A stretch of DNA of 64,000 nucleotides from Obrimoposthia wandeli (taxonomy: Eukaryota). The position numbers and the translations under genes were made by a program. The stretch is from the NCBI GenBank assembly GCA_977020255.1, contig CDROCS010000253.1, positions 4,588,001 to 4,652,000 of the forward strand, in the 5' to 3' direction. The notes beneath the pieces were generated by a model that ran no database searches, was not told the DNA's origin, and was given only the letters and a program-made list of their open reading frames with translations. Positions 21,194-30,842 of this stretch are shown piece after piece (position 1 is the stretch's first letter; every line of letters begins with the position of its first letter).

Positions 21194-22720
21194 GTGCAAT
21201 TTATGTCATCTACTATGAAACAATTAATTACTGTTACCGACTTGAAGGGTAATTATACCTATGTAAATCAAGCATATTGCCAAACAACCGGCTATCAAGA
21301 AAGTGAACTGCTCAATACTGATACACGTAGTTTAACCCATGAAAAAATGCCAAAAATGGTGCTTGATGAATTATCTGCAACCTTGGAAAAAGGTTTTTCA
21401 TGGCACGGTTTATTACAACTAAAAAGCAAAACAGGTAATCCAATTTGGCTTGATGTTTTTATTACTCCGCAATATAGCCAAAATAAAATAACGGGTTTTC
21501 AATGCATTAGTTCCATCGCAGACACTTCACTTGCTAACAATGCTGAACAGATCTATCAAGCACTTAATAAAAATAACAGCTGGGTAACCTTTGAGTTTAC
21601 TAAAAACCATAAGTTTGCTTTTCTAGTTTTACTGTCGATTGTAGCGCAAGGGTTTATTTTTACTCAGCTCGGCTTGTTTGCCTCCATCGTTGCAGCGCTT
21701 AGCGCCATTACCCCTGTTCTCGTTTTTTGGTCTGATATTATACCTACCGCAATGCGTGCCCAACGTATGCAAAGTGTGTTTGACTCCGTATCTCGCAAAG
21801 TGTATTTCGGTAAGGGCACGTCCAGTGTTTTTGACTTTAATTTTTTACTGTTAAAAACTAAGATTAAAGCCATTATTGAACGCACGCTTGACGCTGCTAA
21901 ACCGATAAAAGCCGTTATGGGAAAAGTGAGCCAAGGTCTAACAGATACTCGCACAACATTAGCGCAACAAAAAAATGATTTAGAACAGCTCAGTACTGCA
22001 ATGACTCAAATGCAGGAGTCTACGCAAGATATTGCCCAAAACACGGTCAATGTTGCCAGCGAATTAGAAGTAACTTTCGAGCACTGTGAGCAATCTCAGC
22101 AAAGCATTTATGAAACTAGCGATAAAATAAGTCATTTGGCACAATCGGTAGAGAGTGCTTCAAGCTCTGCAGACAGCTTAACGCAGTCGGCAAATAACGT
22201 AGGTGCGTTGATGGAAGAGATTCAGTCGATTGCCGACCAAACAAACTTATTGGCCTTAAATGCTGCCATTGAAGCCGCACGAGCCGGTGAACACGGCCGA
22301 GGTTTTGCCGTAGTTGCCGATGAAGTACGAAACTTGTCATCACGTACCCAAGACTCAGCGGTAAAAATTCATCAACGCCTAACCATCATGCTTAATACCA
22401 TAGAGGAATGGGTTGCCTTGATGAATAAAAATAAAGATGAAGCGCAATTCTGTGTTGATAGTGCTCAGGCATCGCATCAGCAAATTAATTCAGTGGTCGA
22501 AAAAATGCAAAATATTAACCAAGCAGCGACTCAAATAGCGACAGCAGCTGAAGAACAGTCTTGCGTTTCTCACGAAATAAATAGCCACTTAACCGATATT
22601 GCACAAAATACCGAATCGACTTGGCAGCAAACTGATAATGTCGCTGAGCAAATGGAAGAACTGGCAAAAAGTGTTGATGATATTGCCGACTTGGCAAGCA
22701 CCTTTGTCCCCAAAAAGTAG
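21194..22720 (+). CDS. Aer-like PAS-domain methyl-accepting chemotaxis protein
   Basis: N-terminal PAS, hairpin TM segment, MCP signalling domain; likely start ATG 21203. PAS residues diverge from E. coli Aer (see findings). Confidence 0.92.
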   Translation: MQFMSSTMKQLITVTDLKGNYTYVNQAYCQTTGYQESELLNTDTRSLTHEKMPKMVLDELSATLEKGFSWHGLLQLKSKTGNPIWLDVFITPQYSQNKITGFQCISSIADTSLANNAEQIYQALNKNNSWVTFEFTKNHKFAFLVLLSIVAQGFIFTQLGLFASIVAALSAITPVLVFWSDIIPTAMRAQRMQSVFDSVSRKVYFGKGTSSVFDFNFLLLKTKIKAIIERTLDAAKPIKAVMGKVSQGLTDTRTTLAQQKNDLEQLSTAMTQMQESTQDIAQNTVNVASELEVTFEHCEQSQQSIYETSDKISHLAQSVESASSSADSLTQSANNVGALMEEIQSIADQTNLLALNAAIEAARAGEHGRGFAVVADEVRNLSSRTQDSAVKIHQRLTIMLNTIEEWVALMNKNKDEAQFCVDSAQASHQQINSVVEKMQNINQAATQIATAAEEQSCVSHEINSHLTDIAQNTESTWQQTDNVAEQMEELAKSVDDIADLASTFVPKK

Positions 22721-22738
22721 GTAAATAAGGAACTGATC

Positions 22739-23293
22739 ATGACTTGGAAAAACACTCAAAATCACTATGGTTCGCTTTCAATTAAAATGCACTGGTTAAT
22801 GGTGGTTTTAATGATTTTAGTTTTTGCTAGTATTGAAAGCAGAGTATTTTTTGAAAAAGGTACAGAGCTGCGAGACCTCTTCAAGATGTGGCATTTCATG
22901 CTAGGTTTATCGGTTTTTATTTTAGTCTGTGCGCGCCTCTATTTACGCAGTGTACAAGTTATTCCCCAAATAACCCCGCCACTTTCAGCTCTTCAAGCTC
23001 GGGGAGCCCACATGGCACATCTAATACTTTATCTTTTCATGATTGCTATGCCAATCTTTGGCTGGTTTGTACTCAGTGCCAAAGGCAAAGTAATTCCTTT
23101 TTTCGGGCTAGAGTTACCTGCACTTATTTCCTATGACAAACCTTTAGGAAAATTATTAGAGGGGTGGCATAAAGAGATAGGCTCATGGGGTTATTACCTT
23201 ATTGCTTTTCATGCGGTGGCAGCATTAGTACATCATTACATTCAAAAAGATGACACGCTAACGCGTATGTTACCGGTAAAGAAAAAACACTAA
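22739..23293 (+). CDS. cybB: Cytochrome b561 (CybB/YceJ family)
   Basis: HW motif in TM1, HFMLG, HLILYLFM..MP..GW and H..AALVHH heme ligands; four TM helices. Confidence 0.9.
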   Translation: MTWKNTQNHYGSLSIKMHWLMVVLMILVFASIESRVFFEKGTELRDLFKMWHFMLGLSVFILVCARLYLRSVQVIPQITPPLSALQARGAHMAHLILYLFMIAMPIFGWFVLSAKGKVIPFFGLELPALISYDKPLGKLLEGWHKEIGSWGYYLIAFHAVAALVHHYIQKDDTLTRMLPVKKKH

Positions 23294-25449
23294 GGCAGTA
23301 ATTCTTCACTGGTTTCTATAAAAACAGTTTTACTGCCATCACAATGTAAGTCTGCAATTAACTGTGGCGAGCCATCATCATGAAGCTCTAAATACCCCAA
23401 GCCACTTTTAGGTTGCAGCCGTTGATGACCTAATTTCAATTTCTGTTCTTGCTCATCAACCATTAACTTACGTCCTTTAATACGCATAGAACGACGTTTG
23501 GTGAATAAATTAAGTGGTGAATAAGGTCCATAAAACCAACGATTCATCCGATCAAATAAACCAATGAGCGGTTGAGGGAATTGGTTCTTAATACCACTGG
23601 AAGTAATTTGCCAAATATGCGGCGAATGGTGACGAAACCTCAACTCAACATCGTAAACAAAAGAGTAATGCACATCGCCAGAAAGAATAACAAAGTGTTG
23701 TGGTGTTTTAGGGTGCTTAAAAATATTCAACAAGGTACTCGCGGCCCCCGGATGTGCCATCCAATTTTCAGCATCTACTGCCAATGGATTACCCGCTAAG
23801 GTAACAATGCGTTGAATAGTTTCAATGATCTTAACACCAAAAATTGGTGCGGGTGATACCAATAATATTGAATCATGTCCTATTAATTCTTGCTGTAATT
23901 CGCATAAAGCTTCCCAATCCATTAACCCTGAAGGGTGATCCAAGGCATGCTCTGAGCGCCAGCGACGTGTTCTACTATCAAGTACTACGAGTTTAGGCTG
24001 ACTATCAAGAGTATATTGCCAATGGGAAAATTTTAATAAATAGTCAATGAATATGTCTTGTAAGTCAGAGTCTTGCGAACATAAACCTTGGCTGTCAGAG
24101 CTTTGTAAATCTGGACCTTGCTGTTCGGAAGTCGCTGCTTTTTTATTTATATGAGCGATTTGATAATCATTGGCAACTTGATAAAAATCACCTTTAAATT
24201 GTTTCGGATCATTGCCCCAACCTTGGCATAACCAATAAGCAAACAAGCTATTACCAATAATGCGTTTTGCCAACGGATCTTGATAAGCAGCTTGCTCCCA
24301 TGCGGCGGTTAAATTCCAATCATCGGTAACATCATGATCATCAAAAATCATGTAGGTTGGCGTGTGCGCAAGTAAACGCTGAACTTTATTCAAGCCACTG
24401 ACAAACTCTTTAATGGCGGCCAACTCTTGCTGATGAATCGCTTTGTACTTTGTCGGGACGTTAAAACCTTCCAGCTCAACCTGCTGCCATAACGTAGGTG
24501 ACCACACCAAAAAATACATCGCCAGATTCTCAGCAAAGGTCATTACATGATTATGAGCATAGGTTGAGGTGAAAATGGGTTGTTGCTTTCTTGATATAAA
24601 AAAAGCGGGTCTAAACCAAGATGCTGAAGAGTTGCTTTTAGGTAACAGTAACTCCCGCTGAAAATATTGCTCGCTGAATTGATAAAGCTCACTACCACAG
24701 CTAATGCCCCGTTTAGCTAAATTGTCATCGCTAAAGCTTTCATCATTTAATCCTAATAAAGTGATAACTTGATGAATAGCGTAGAGCGTGACACCAGCAA
24801 CATGATCAGCATAAATTTGGTCGCCAGACATCATCAATAACGCCGGCCTTTGCTCAACATTTGTTAAGGTTTTTCCAACTAAAATCTCACCAGCTAATAA
24901 ACTATCTGGACTCTCATGATGTGGATTACGACAAGAACCATGCAGTAAATTATTTATATTTTCTTGGATAATAAATGAGGGTCTGCTTTTGTTACCAAAG
25001 GTTAAATGGGGAATAATTTCAGCTAGGCATTTACGGTTAACTTTAGCACTAACTTTAGTGCTATCGATGCTGTTACCACTACTTGTATCAAACGAATCAT
25101 TTGAATTATCTAGTAATAGATCATATTCAATATAAGTCTCTACCGGTAAGTTAATACTTACATCTAACAAATGCACAACGGCTTTTTCACCGACACGAAA
25201 TGTCGTTAGATTATGAGCATCAAGGGCTGCTATAAAGATTGGCTTATCTTTAGTTGAAGCATTAGCGGTGGTATTTGTTGAATCAGTATCAGCTAAACTA
25301 TCATCATCTACGCTCTGAACACTTAAGCTCTCATCGCCTAAGTAACAGTGAAGTTCGCCACGACATTCAAACGGACTAAGCCACCACAGCACTAATTGTT
25401 GTGATGTTAAACGTCGTAAAATTGGCCCCACTAAAATATCTGCTAACAC
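23290..25449 (-). CDS. PhoD-like metallophosphoesterase, no obvious export signal
   Basis: SGDQIYADH, FDDHDVTDDW and LSGDVHYS motifs; begins MLADILVGPILRR. Confidence 0.85.
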   Translation of the reverse strand: MLADILVGPILRRLTSQQLVLWWLSPFECRGELHCYLGDESLSVQSVDDDSLADTDSTNTTANASTKDKPIFIAALDAHNLTTFRVGEKAVVHLLDVSINLPVETYIEYDLLLDNSNDSFDTSSGNSIDSTKVSAKVNRKCLAEIIPHLTFGNKSRPSFIIQENINNLLHGSCRNPHHESPDSLLAGEILVGKTLTNVEQRPALLMMSGDQIYADHVAGVTLYAIHQVITLLGLNDESFSDDNLAKRGISCGSELYQFSEQYFQRELLLPKSNSSASWFRPAFFISRKQQPIFTSTYAHNHVMTFAENLAMYFLVWSPTLWQQVELEGFNVPTKYKAIHQQELAAIKEFVSGLNKVQRLLAHTPTYMIFDDHDVTDDWNLTAAWEQAAYQDPLAKRIIGNSLFAYWLCQGWGNDPKQFKGDFYQVANDYQIAHINKKAATSEQQGPDLQSSDSQGLCSQDSDLQDIFIDYLLKFSHWQYTLDSQPKLVVLDSRTRRWRSEHALDHPSGLMDWEALCELQQELIGHDSILLVSPAPIFGVKIIETIQRIVTLAGNPLAVDAENWMAHPGAASTLLNIFKHPKTPQHFVILSGDVHYSFVYDVELRFRHHSPHIWQITSSGIKNQFPQPLIGLFDRMNRWFYGPYSPLNLFTKRRSMRIKGRKLMVDEQEQKLKLGHQRLQPKSGLGYLELHDDGSPQLIADLHCDGSKTVFIETSEELLP

Positions 25450-25633
25450 TGAAGTCTCTATTGTTAATAGTTGAACGTTGTAGGTGAAAGTAACCGTTAA
25501 ACAGTATGGTTAACAAGCCTAGTCAAAAGGTGTTTATCTCGTAAGTTAGCCCTAATAGCAAGATGAAATTGTTAGCTGATGTAATCACCTCATCCACTGC
25601 ATAACTGCTAGCTAGCCTCTTACCTCCAGCAGA

Positions 25634-25651
25634 CTGTCACATTTCTGTTAT
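25634..25651 (+). promoter_or_regulatory. Pho box (PhoB site)
   Basis: CTGTCAC-ATTT-CTGTTAT, two half-sites at 11-bp period, between divergent phosphatase genes; an extra CTGTCAT half-site lies at 25689-25695. Confidence 0.8.
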
Positions 25652-25816
25652 AAATCCTTCATCGTTCCTTCATTTTTACTTTACCAAACTGTCATTTTTA
25701 GTCACTAGGATACTGAGGATGTTAATGCATATGCATTAGCAATAATAATTAATTTAACTAATAACCTTAATTTTTAACCTTACTTCTAACGTTAAAATAA
25801 CACTAAAGGAAGCATT

Positions 25817-27400
25817 ATGAACTCAAAGTGGATTTCACTTTCAGCTTTGTCATCATTTTTACTCTCTAGCATCGCGAATGCTGGAGTATTGCCTAATGTA
25901 CAAAAAGAAAGTCAATGGTTTGTTGATGGTCAACAAGCTGTTATCGCTAAAACCAAACTAACCACACGTAATAAAGCAAAAAATGTCATTTTATTTGTCG
26001 GTGATGGCATGGGTTTATCAACCTTAACTGCAGCGCGCATTTTAGCGGGACAAAATGAAGGTAAATCAGGCGAAGAAGGTTATTTAAGTTTTGAAACATT
26101 TCCTTATTCCGCGCAAGTTAAAACCTACAATGTTGATGCTCAAACGCCTGACTCTGCTGGCACGATGACCGCAATGATGTCAGGGGTAAAAACTGATGTG
26201 GGTGTTATTGGTGTTGATGAAGATATTGCCCGTGGTGATTGCTCGACGGTTACCGGTAATGAATTAGTAACCTCACTAGAAGCGGCTGAAATTAAGGGCT
26301 TGTCGACGGGAATTATTTCGACCGCTCGCATAACCCATGCAACACCTGCTGCTACCTATGCAAAGTCTGCCGATCGTAACTGGGAAGACATCTCAGATAT
26401 GCCTAAGGGTGCTGTAGATGCTGGTTGTACTGATATTGCTACACAACTTATTGATTTCGAGAAAAACTTAGAAAAGCGCTTTCCTGGTGTTGATGTTGAT
26501 GGCATTGAAGTTGCTTTTGGTGGCGGTCGTAGACACTTTCTACCCAAAGATGAAAGCTACAACAGTGCCGATGCTAACAGCGCTATTGAAGGTGATCGCA
26601 CTGATGGTGTTGACCTAACAGCCAAGTGGCAAGAGCAATATCAAGACGGTAAATATGTTATCGATCAAACAGGCTTTGATGCTATTGATGCCAGCAGTAC
26701 TGAACGCGTACTAGGACTCTTCAATGAATCTCATATGCAATATGAAGCAGATCGAAAAAATGACATTGCTGGTGAGCCATCACTCACTGAACTGACCAGT
26801 AAAGCCATCGATATTTTAGATAATAATGACAAAGGTTATTTCCTTGTGGTTGAATCTGGACGTATTGACCATGGTCATCATGCAGGCTCGGCCTATAATG
26901 CATTAACCGATACCATCGAATTTTCTAATGCGGTACAAGCTGCCATTAACAATACCAACCCTGAAGAAACCTTAATTTTAGTGACTGCGGATCATAGCCA
27001 TGTATTTACTATTGCAGGTTACCCTAAACGTGGTAATCCTATTTTAGGCAAGGTAGTTAACGTGGGGAAAACAGAGCCAGCACTCGCTAGCGACGACATG
27101 CCATACACCACGCTAGGTTATACCAACGGTAAAGGCTTTAGAAATTTAGTCAATGAAACCAATGCCGACCTGACTTATAACGATGATGCTGTTGCCGGTC
27201 GTCAAGACTTAACAACCGTGGATACAAGCTCAACAGGTTTTCATCAAGAAGCTGCTGTACCACTAGGTTCAGAAACTCATGCTGGCGAAGATATTAGCTT
27301 ACACGCTTCAGGTCCTGGATCTCATTTAGCACAAGGTGTTATCGAGCAAAGTGTTGTTTTTCACATCATCAATCAATCTCTTGGCTTAATTGCTCAATAA
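25817..27400 (+). CDS. phoA: Alkaline phosphatase (PhoA family), Sec-exported
   Basis: VILFVGDGMG, PDSAGT (catalytic Ser), THATPA, GRIDHGHH, TADHSH, ETHAGED; cleavable signal peptide ending IANA. Confidence 0.95.
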   Translation: MNSKWISLSALSSFLLSSIANAGVLPNVQKESQWFVDGQQAVIAKTKLTTRNKAKNVILFVGDGMGLSTLTAARILAGQNEGKSGEEGYLSFETFPYSAQVKTYNVDAQTPDSAGTMTAMMSGVKTDVGVIGVDEDIARGDCSTVTGNELVTSLEAAEIKGLSTGIISTARITHATPAATYAKSADRNWEDISDMPKGAVDAGCTDIATQLIDFEKNLEKRFPGVDVDGIEVAFGGGRRHFLPKDESYNSADANSAIEGDRTDGVDLTAKWQEQYQDGKYVIDQTGFDAIDASSTERVLGLFNESHMQYEADRKNDIAGEPSLTELTSKAIDILDNNDKGYFLVVESGRIDHGHHAGSAYNALTDTIEFSNAVQAAINNTNPEETLILVTADHSHVFTIAGYPKRGNPILGKVVNVGKTEPALASDDMPYTTLGYTNGKGFRNLVNETNADLTYNDDAVAGRQDLTTVDTSSTGFHQEAAVPLGSETHAGEDISLHASGPGSHLAQGVIEQSVVFHIINQSLGLIAQ

Positions 27401-27424
27401 CTTGCTAATCGAAAGGAATTAACA

Positions 27425-29230
27425 ATGAAAAAATTAAATTTAATCTCATTAGCCGTGTTAGCCGCATTAGCCGGTTGCGATGGCAGCGATGGTACTGATG
27501 GCGATAACGGTACCAGTAGTTTAATCAAACAAACTTTAGTTAATGTTGGTCATGAACAGTGCCTTAATGGCGGTGTAAAAATTGACTCAGGCTCAGATAG
27601 TGATAGCTCTGGTACTTTAGAAGCGGGCGAAATTGAGGCGACCGAATTTGTTTGTAAAGCAACAATAACACAAATGCAAGGTTCATCATTGGCCGCCACG
27701 ACTAATAACGCTTGGTATGAGCAGGGTAAAAGTGTAGTAAACCAAGCGCAGTTAAACGCTAAATCATTGATTAATGCGCGCGGTAAAGCAAAAAATGTCA
27801 TTTTATTTGTCGGTGACGGTATGGGGTTATCAACTGTTACTGCCGCGCGTATTTTAGCGGGCCAACAATTAGGTAAGTTGGGTGAAGAACACCAGTTAAG
27901 TTTTGATAAATTTCCTTACTCTGGTTTTGCTAAAACCTATAATGTTGATGCACAAACACCTGATTCTGCTGGCACGATGACGGCAATGATGTCAGGGGTA
28001 AAAACCGATGCTGGCGTGATTGGCGTGAGTGAAGCGATTAGCCGTGGAGAATGCTCTACCGCATCAGGTCATGAGCTAGTAACGGCATTAGAGTTGGCGG
28101 AAATGGCAGGAAAATCAACCGGCATTATCTCTACCGCTCGTATTACTCATGCAACGCCAGCCGCAACTTATGCTAAGTCTGCAGAAAGAAACTGGGAAGA
28201 TATTTCGGATATGCCTGCAGAAGCTATTGCAGCGGGTTGTGTAGACATAGCTTCGCAGCTTATCAGTTTTGAAAGTGATCTTGAAAGTCGCTTTTCAGGG
28301 GTTAATGTTGACGGTATTGACGTTGTACTCGGTGGCGGAAGACGTCACTTTTTACCCAAAGACGCCGCATACAATACCGCTGATGCAGCAAGTTCTATTG
28401 AAGGTGATAGAACCGATGGCCGAGACTTAACCGCTGAATGGCAAGCTCAATATCCATCAGGCAGTTTCGTTATTGACCAAGCGGGCTTTGATGCGATTAA
28501 TGCCGATACTACGCCACATTTATTCGGTTTATTTAATGAATCACATATGCAATATGAAGCAGACCGTAAAAATGATATTTCAGGAGAACCTTCGTTACGT
28601 GAAATGACCAGTAAAGCGATTGATATACTTGATAATAATGAAAAAGGTTTTTTCTTAATGGTTGAAGCTGGGCGAATAGATCATGGTCATCATGCTGGCA
28701 GTGCGCATGGTGCCTTAACGGATACTATTGCCTTTGCGGATGCAGTACAAGCCGCCGTTGATACAACCGACCCCGAAGAAACCTTAATTATTGTTACCGC
28801 AGATCACAGCCATGTCTTTACCATGGCTGGCTATCCAAAACGTGGTAATCCAATATTAGGTAAGGTAATAAGTGTCGGAAAAACTGAACCGAGCCTAGCA
28901 AAAGATGGCATGCCTTACACCACCTTAGGTTATACCAATGGTAAAGGTTTTAGAGATTTAGGCACAGAAACTAATGCCGATGAAGGTTATAACGGTGATG
29001 CTATAACTGGCCGTCAAGACCTAACGCTAGTTGATACTACATCAACAGGTTTTCATCAAGAAGCTTTAGTACCAAGAGGCTCAGAGACGCATGCGGGGGA
29101 AGATGTGGGTATTTATGCAATGGGACCTGGTGCTAACTTAATTACTGGCACCAATGAGCAAAGTGTTATTTTCCATGTAATAGATTATGCCGCTGACTTA
29201 GTGAAACAGGCTGACAAGGCAATGAATTAG
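27425..29230 (+). CDS. phoA: Alkaline phosphatase (PhoA family), lipoprotein with N-terminal tether
   Basis: Same catalytic motifs as the upstream paralog; lipobox LAG-C, short G-x-D repeats and a Cys-bracketed module before the catalytic domain. Confidence 0.95.
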   Translation: MKKLNLISLAVLAALAGCDGSDGTDGDNGTSSLIKQTLVNVGHEQCLNGGVKIDSGSDSDSSGTLEAGEIEATEFVCKATITQMQGSSLAATTNNAWYEQGKSVVNQAQLNAKSLINARGKAKNVILFVGDGMGLSTVTAARILAGQQLGKLGEEHQLSFDKFPYSGFAKTYNVDAQTPDSAGTMTAMMSGVKTDAGVIGVSEAISRGECSTASGHELVTALELAEMAGKSTGIISTARITHATPAATYAKSAERNWEDISDMPAEAIAAGCVDIASQLISFESDLESRFSGVNVDGIDVVLGGGRRHFLPKDAAYNTADAASSIEGDRTDGRDLTAEWQAQYPSGSFVIDQAGFDAINADTTPHLFGLFNESHMQYEADRKNDISGEPSLREMTSKAIDILDNNEKGFFLMVEAGRIDHGHHAGSAHGALTDTIAFADAVQAAVDTTDPEETLIIVTADHSHVFTMAGYPKRGNPILGKVISVGKTEPSLAKDGMPYTTLGYTNGKGFRDLGTETNADEGYNGDAITGRQDLTLVDTTSTGFHQEALVPRGSETHAGEDVGIYAMGPGANLITGTNEQSVIFHVIDYAADLVKQADKAMN

Positions 29231-29351
29231 CACTTTTAGAAATAATACCAAGGAAGTTGCCACGTTTAGCACAAAATAGGTAACTTCCTTACTCTAACTA
29301 ACTTATTTTATTTTAATCAATTCACTTCTTTCTTATGAGAGCAATCTTAGT

Positions 29352-30098
29352 ATGAAAACTATCTCTTTATCACGATTAACCCTATTACTATTCACCTTAT
29401 TAGGAGTAACGACATCAGTCAGCAGTACTGCCAGCGAATGCAAAATATTACCCAAAGTACTTAGTGCTTATTATGACTTTAGCCAACAGACAGCTAATAA
29501 TCATGAGGAAAAAAACACACAGGCAGTTAAACAGACACTGCTATTTGAATTACACCGATATAATAATAGAGTGCTGCAGCGAGATATTAACCAAGGTGTT
29601 GATGATATTTGGTTGTTAAATGGTAATAGATTATCGTTAAATAGAGCTTTTGAACAATATCAGCATGTTATTGAATATCAACCCAATGAATTACGCTACC
29701 AACCAAAATGGCAAGATATTTTTCACTTAGTGGCGACACCTGATCTTAATGAAATGCAGCTTGTTGGACAAAAAAATTCAGGCTGTCAATTAGAAGAACA
29801 CTACACCCTCAAAACTAAAGAATCAGCATATCAATTAGTTTGGTTACCGAAACTAAAACTAGTAAAGTTCTTCGAACGCAAAAGCGCAACCACAACTCGA
29901 CAGTGGGCCTTAACCGATTATCAAGGTAACACAGAGAAAATCGCCTCTCTCTTTAACGAATATTCCCATTATCAAAGTACCGATTATGCTGATGTTGGTG
30001 ATAATGAAGCAACGCCATTTTTAGCAGCTATGATTAATCAAGGTTTTTCAGCCACACAGAATACTCAAACGGAACACACACATCACGAAGCACATTAA
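29352..30098 (+). CDS. Exported hypothetical protein with His-rich C-terminus
   Basis: 248 aa, signal-peptide-like N-terminus, ends TEHTHHEAH. Confidence 0.8.
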   Translation: MKTISLSRLTLLLFTLLGVTTSVSSTASECKILPKVLSAYYDFSQQTANNHEEKNTQAVKQTLLFELHRYNNRVLQRDINQGVDDIWLLNGNRLSLNRAFEQYQHVIEYQPNELRYQPKWQDIFHLVATPDLNEMQLVGQKNSGCQLEEHYTLKTKESAYQLVWLPKLKLVKFFERKSATTTRQWALTDYQGNTEKIASLFNEYSHYQSTDYADVGDNEATPFLAAMINQGFSATQNTQTEHTHHEAH

Positions 30099-30139
30099 CC
30101 GTAACCTTTAACATCCCCCTGACCTAATAAAAATCACGG

Positions 30140-30163
30140 TAAAGGGAGTATTTACTCCCTTTA
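30140..30163. terminator. Hairpin downstream of the His-tailed gene (probable terminator)
   Basis: TAAAGGGAGTA-TT-TACTCCCTTTA perfect 11-bp inverted repeat. Confidence 0.6.
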
Positions 30164-30315
30164 ATTTACCTCGCCAAATAGAGTATTCATCACAATACGT
30201 AACCCTTGAACAACTTCGGTTTTTAAGAGGTTCTGATTGCACATGTCAGCAATCAGCACACTAAGCAGCATGCTTAACTCCTAATGCGCTTAGTGCTAAT
30301 ACTGGTTAATAATAG

Positions 30316-30828
30316 CTATAAGCCAAGGTCAGTTAAGCTTGGGTATTCTGTAGGTCTGCGGCCTTGAGGCCAATGAAACTTTCGCTCTTTCTCCGTGATT
30401 TTAAGGTCATTGATACTGGCATGACGTTCAACCATCAATCCTTTATCATTAAACTGCCAATTCTCATTACCATACGAACGATACCATTGTCCTTCAGCAT
30501 CTAACCATTCATAAGCAAAACGTACTGCGATGCGTGCCCCATCAAAAGCCCATAACTCTTTTATTAAACGGTACTCTTGTTCACGTTGCCATTTTTCTTC
30601 TAAAAATTTAACTATGGCTGGTCTGCCTTGTAAAAATGTATCTCTATTGCGCCAAACGCTGGTTAAGCTGTAAGCAGTTGCCACCTTAATTGGATCTTGG
30701 CTATTCCAGCCATCTTCTGCTTTTCTTACTTTTTCTTGTGCCGACGCTAAGGTAAATGCAGGTACAGGTTGTCGAGTCTCTTCATGTTCAATACCTAACT
30801 TTAGATTGGTGTTTATATTCGAGTTCAT
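30316..30828 (-). CDS. DUF1348 / SnoaL-like NTF2-fold protein
   Basis: AEDGWNSQDP, EYRLIKELWAF, RSYGNENWQF and HASIND motifs typical of DUF1348. Confidence 0.9.
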   Translation of the reverse strand: MNSNINTNLKLGIEHEETRQPVPAFTLASAQEKVRKAEDGWNSQDPIKVATAYSLTSVWRNRDTFLQGRPAIVKFLEEKWQREQEYRLIKELWAFDGARIAVRFAYEWLDAEGQWYRSYGNENWQFNDKGLMVERHASINDLKITEKERKFHWPQGRRPTEYPSLTDLGL

Positions 30829-30842
30829 AAGTTTTCCTTATT

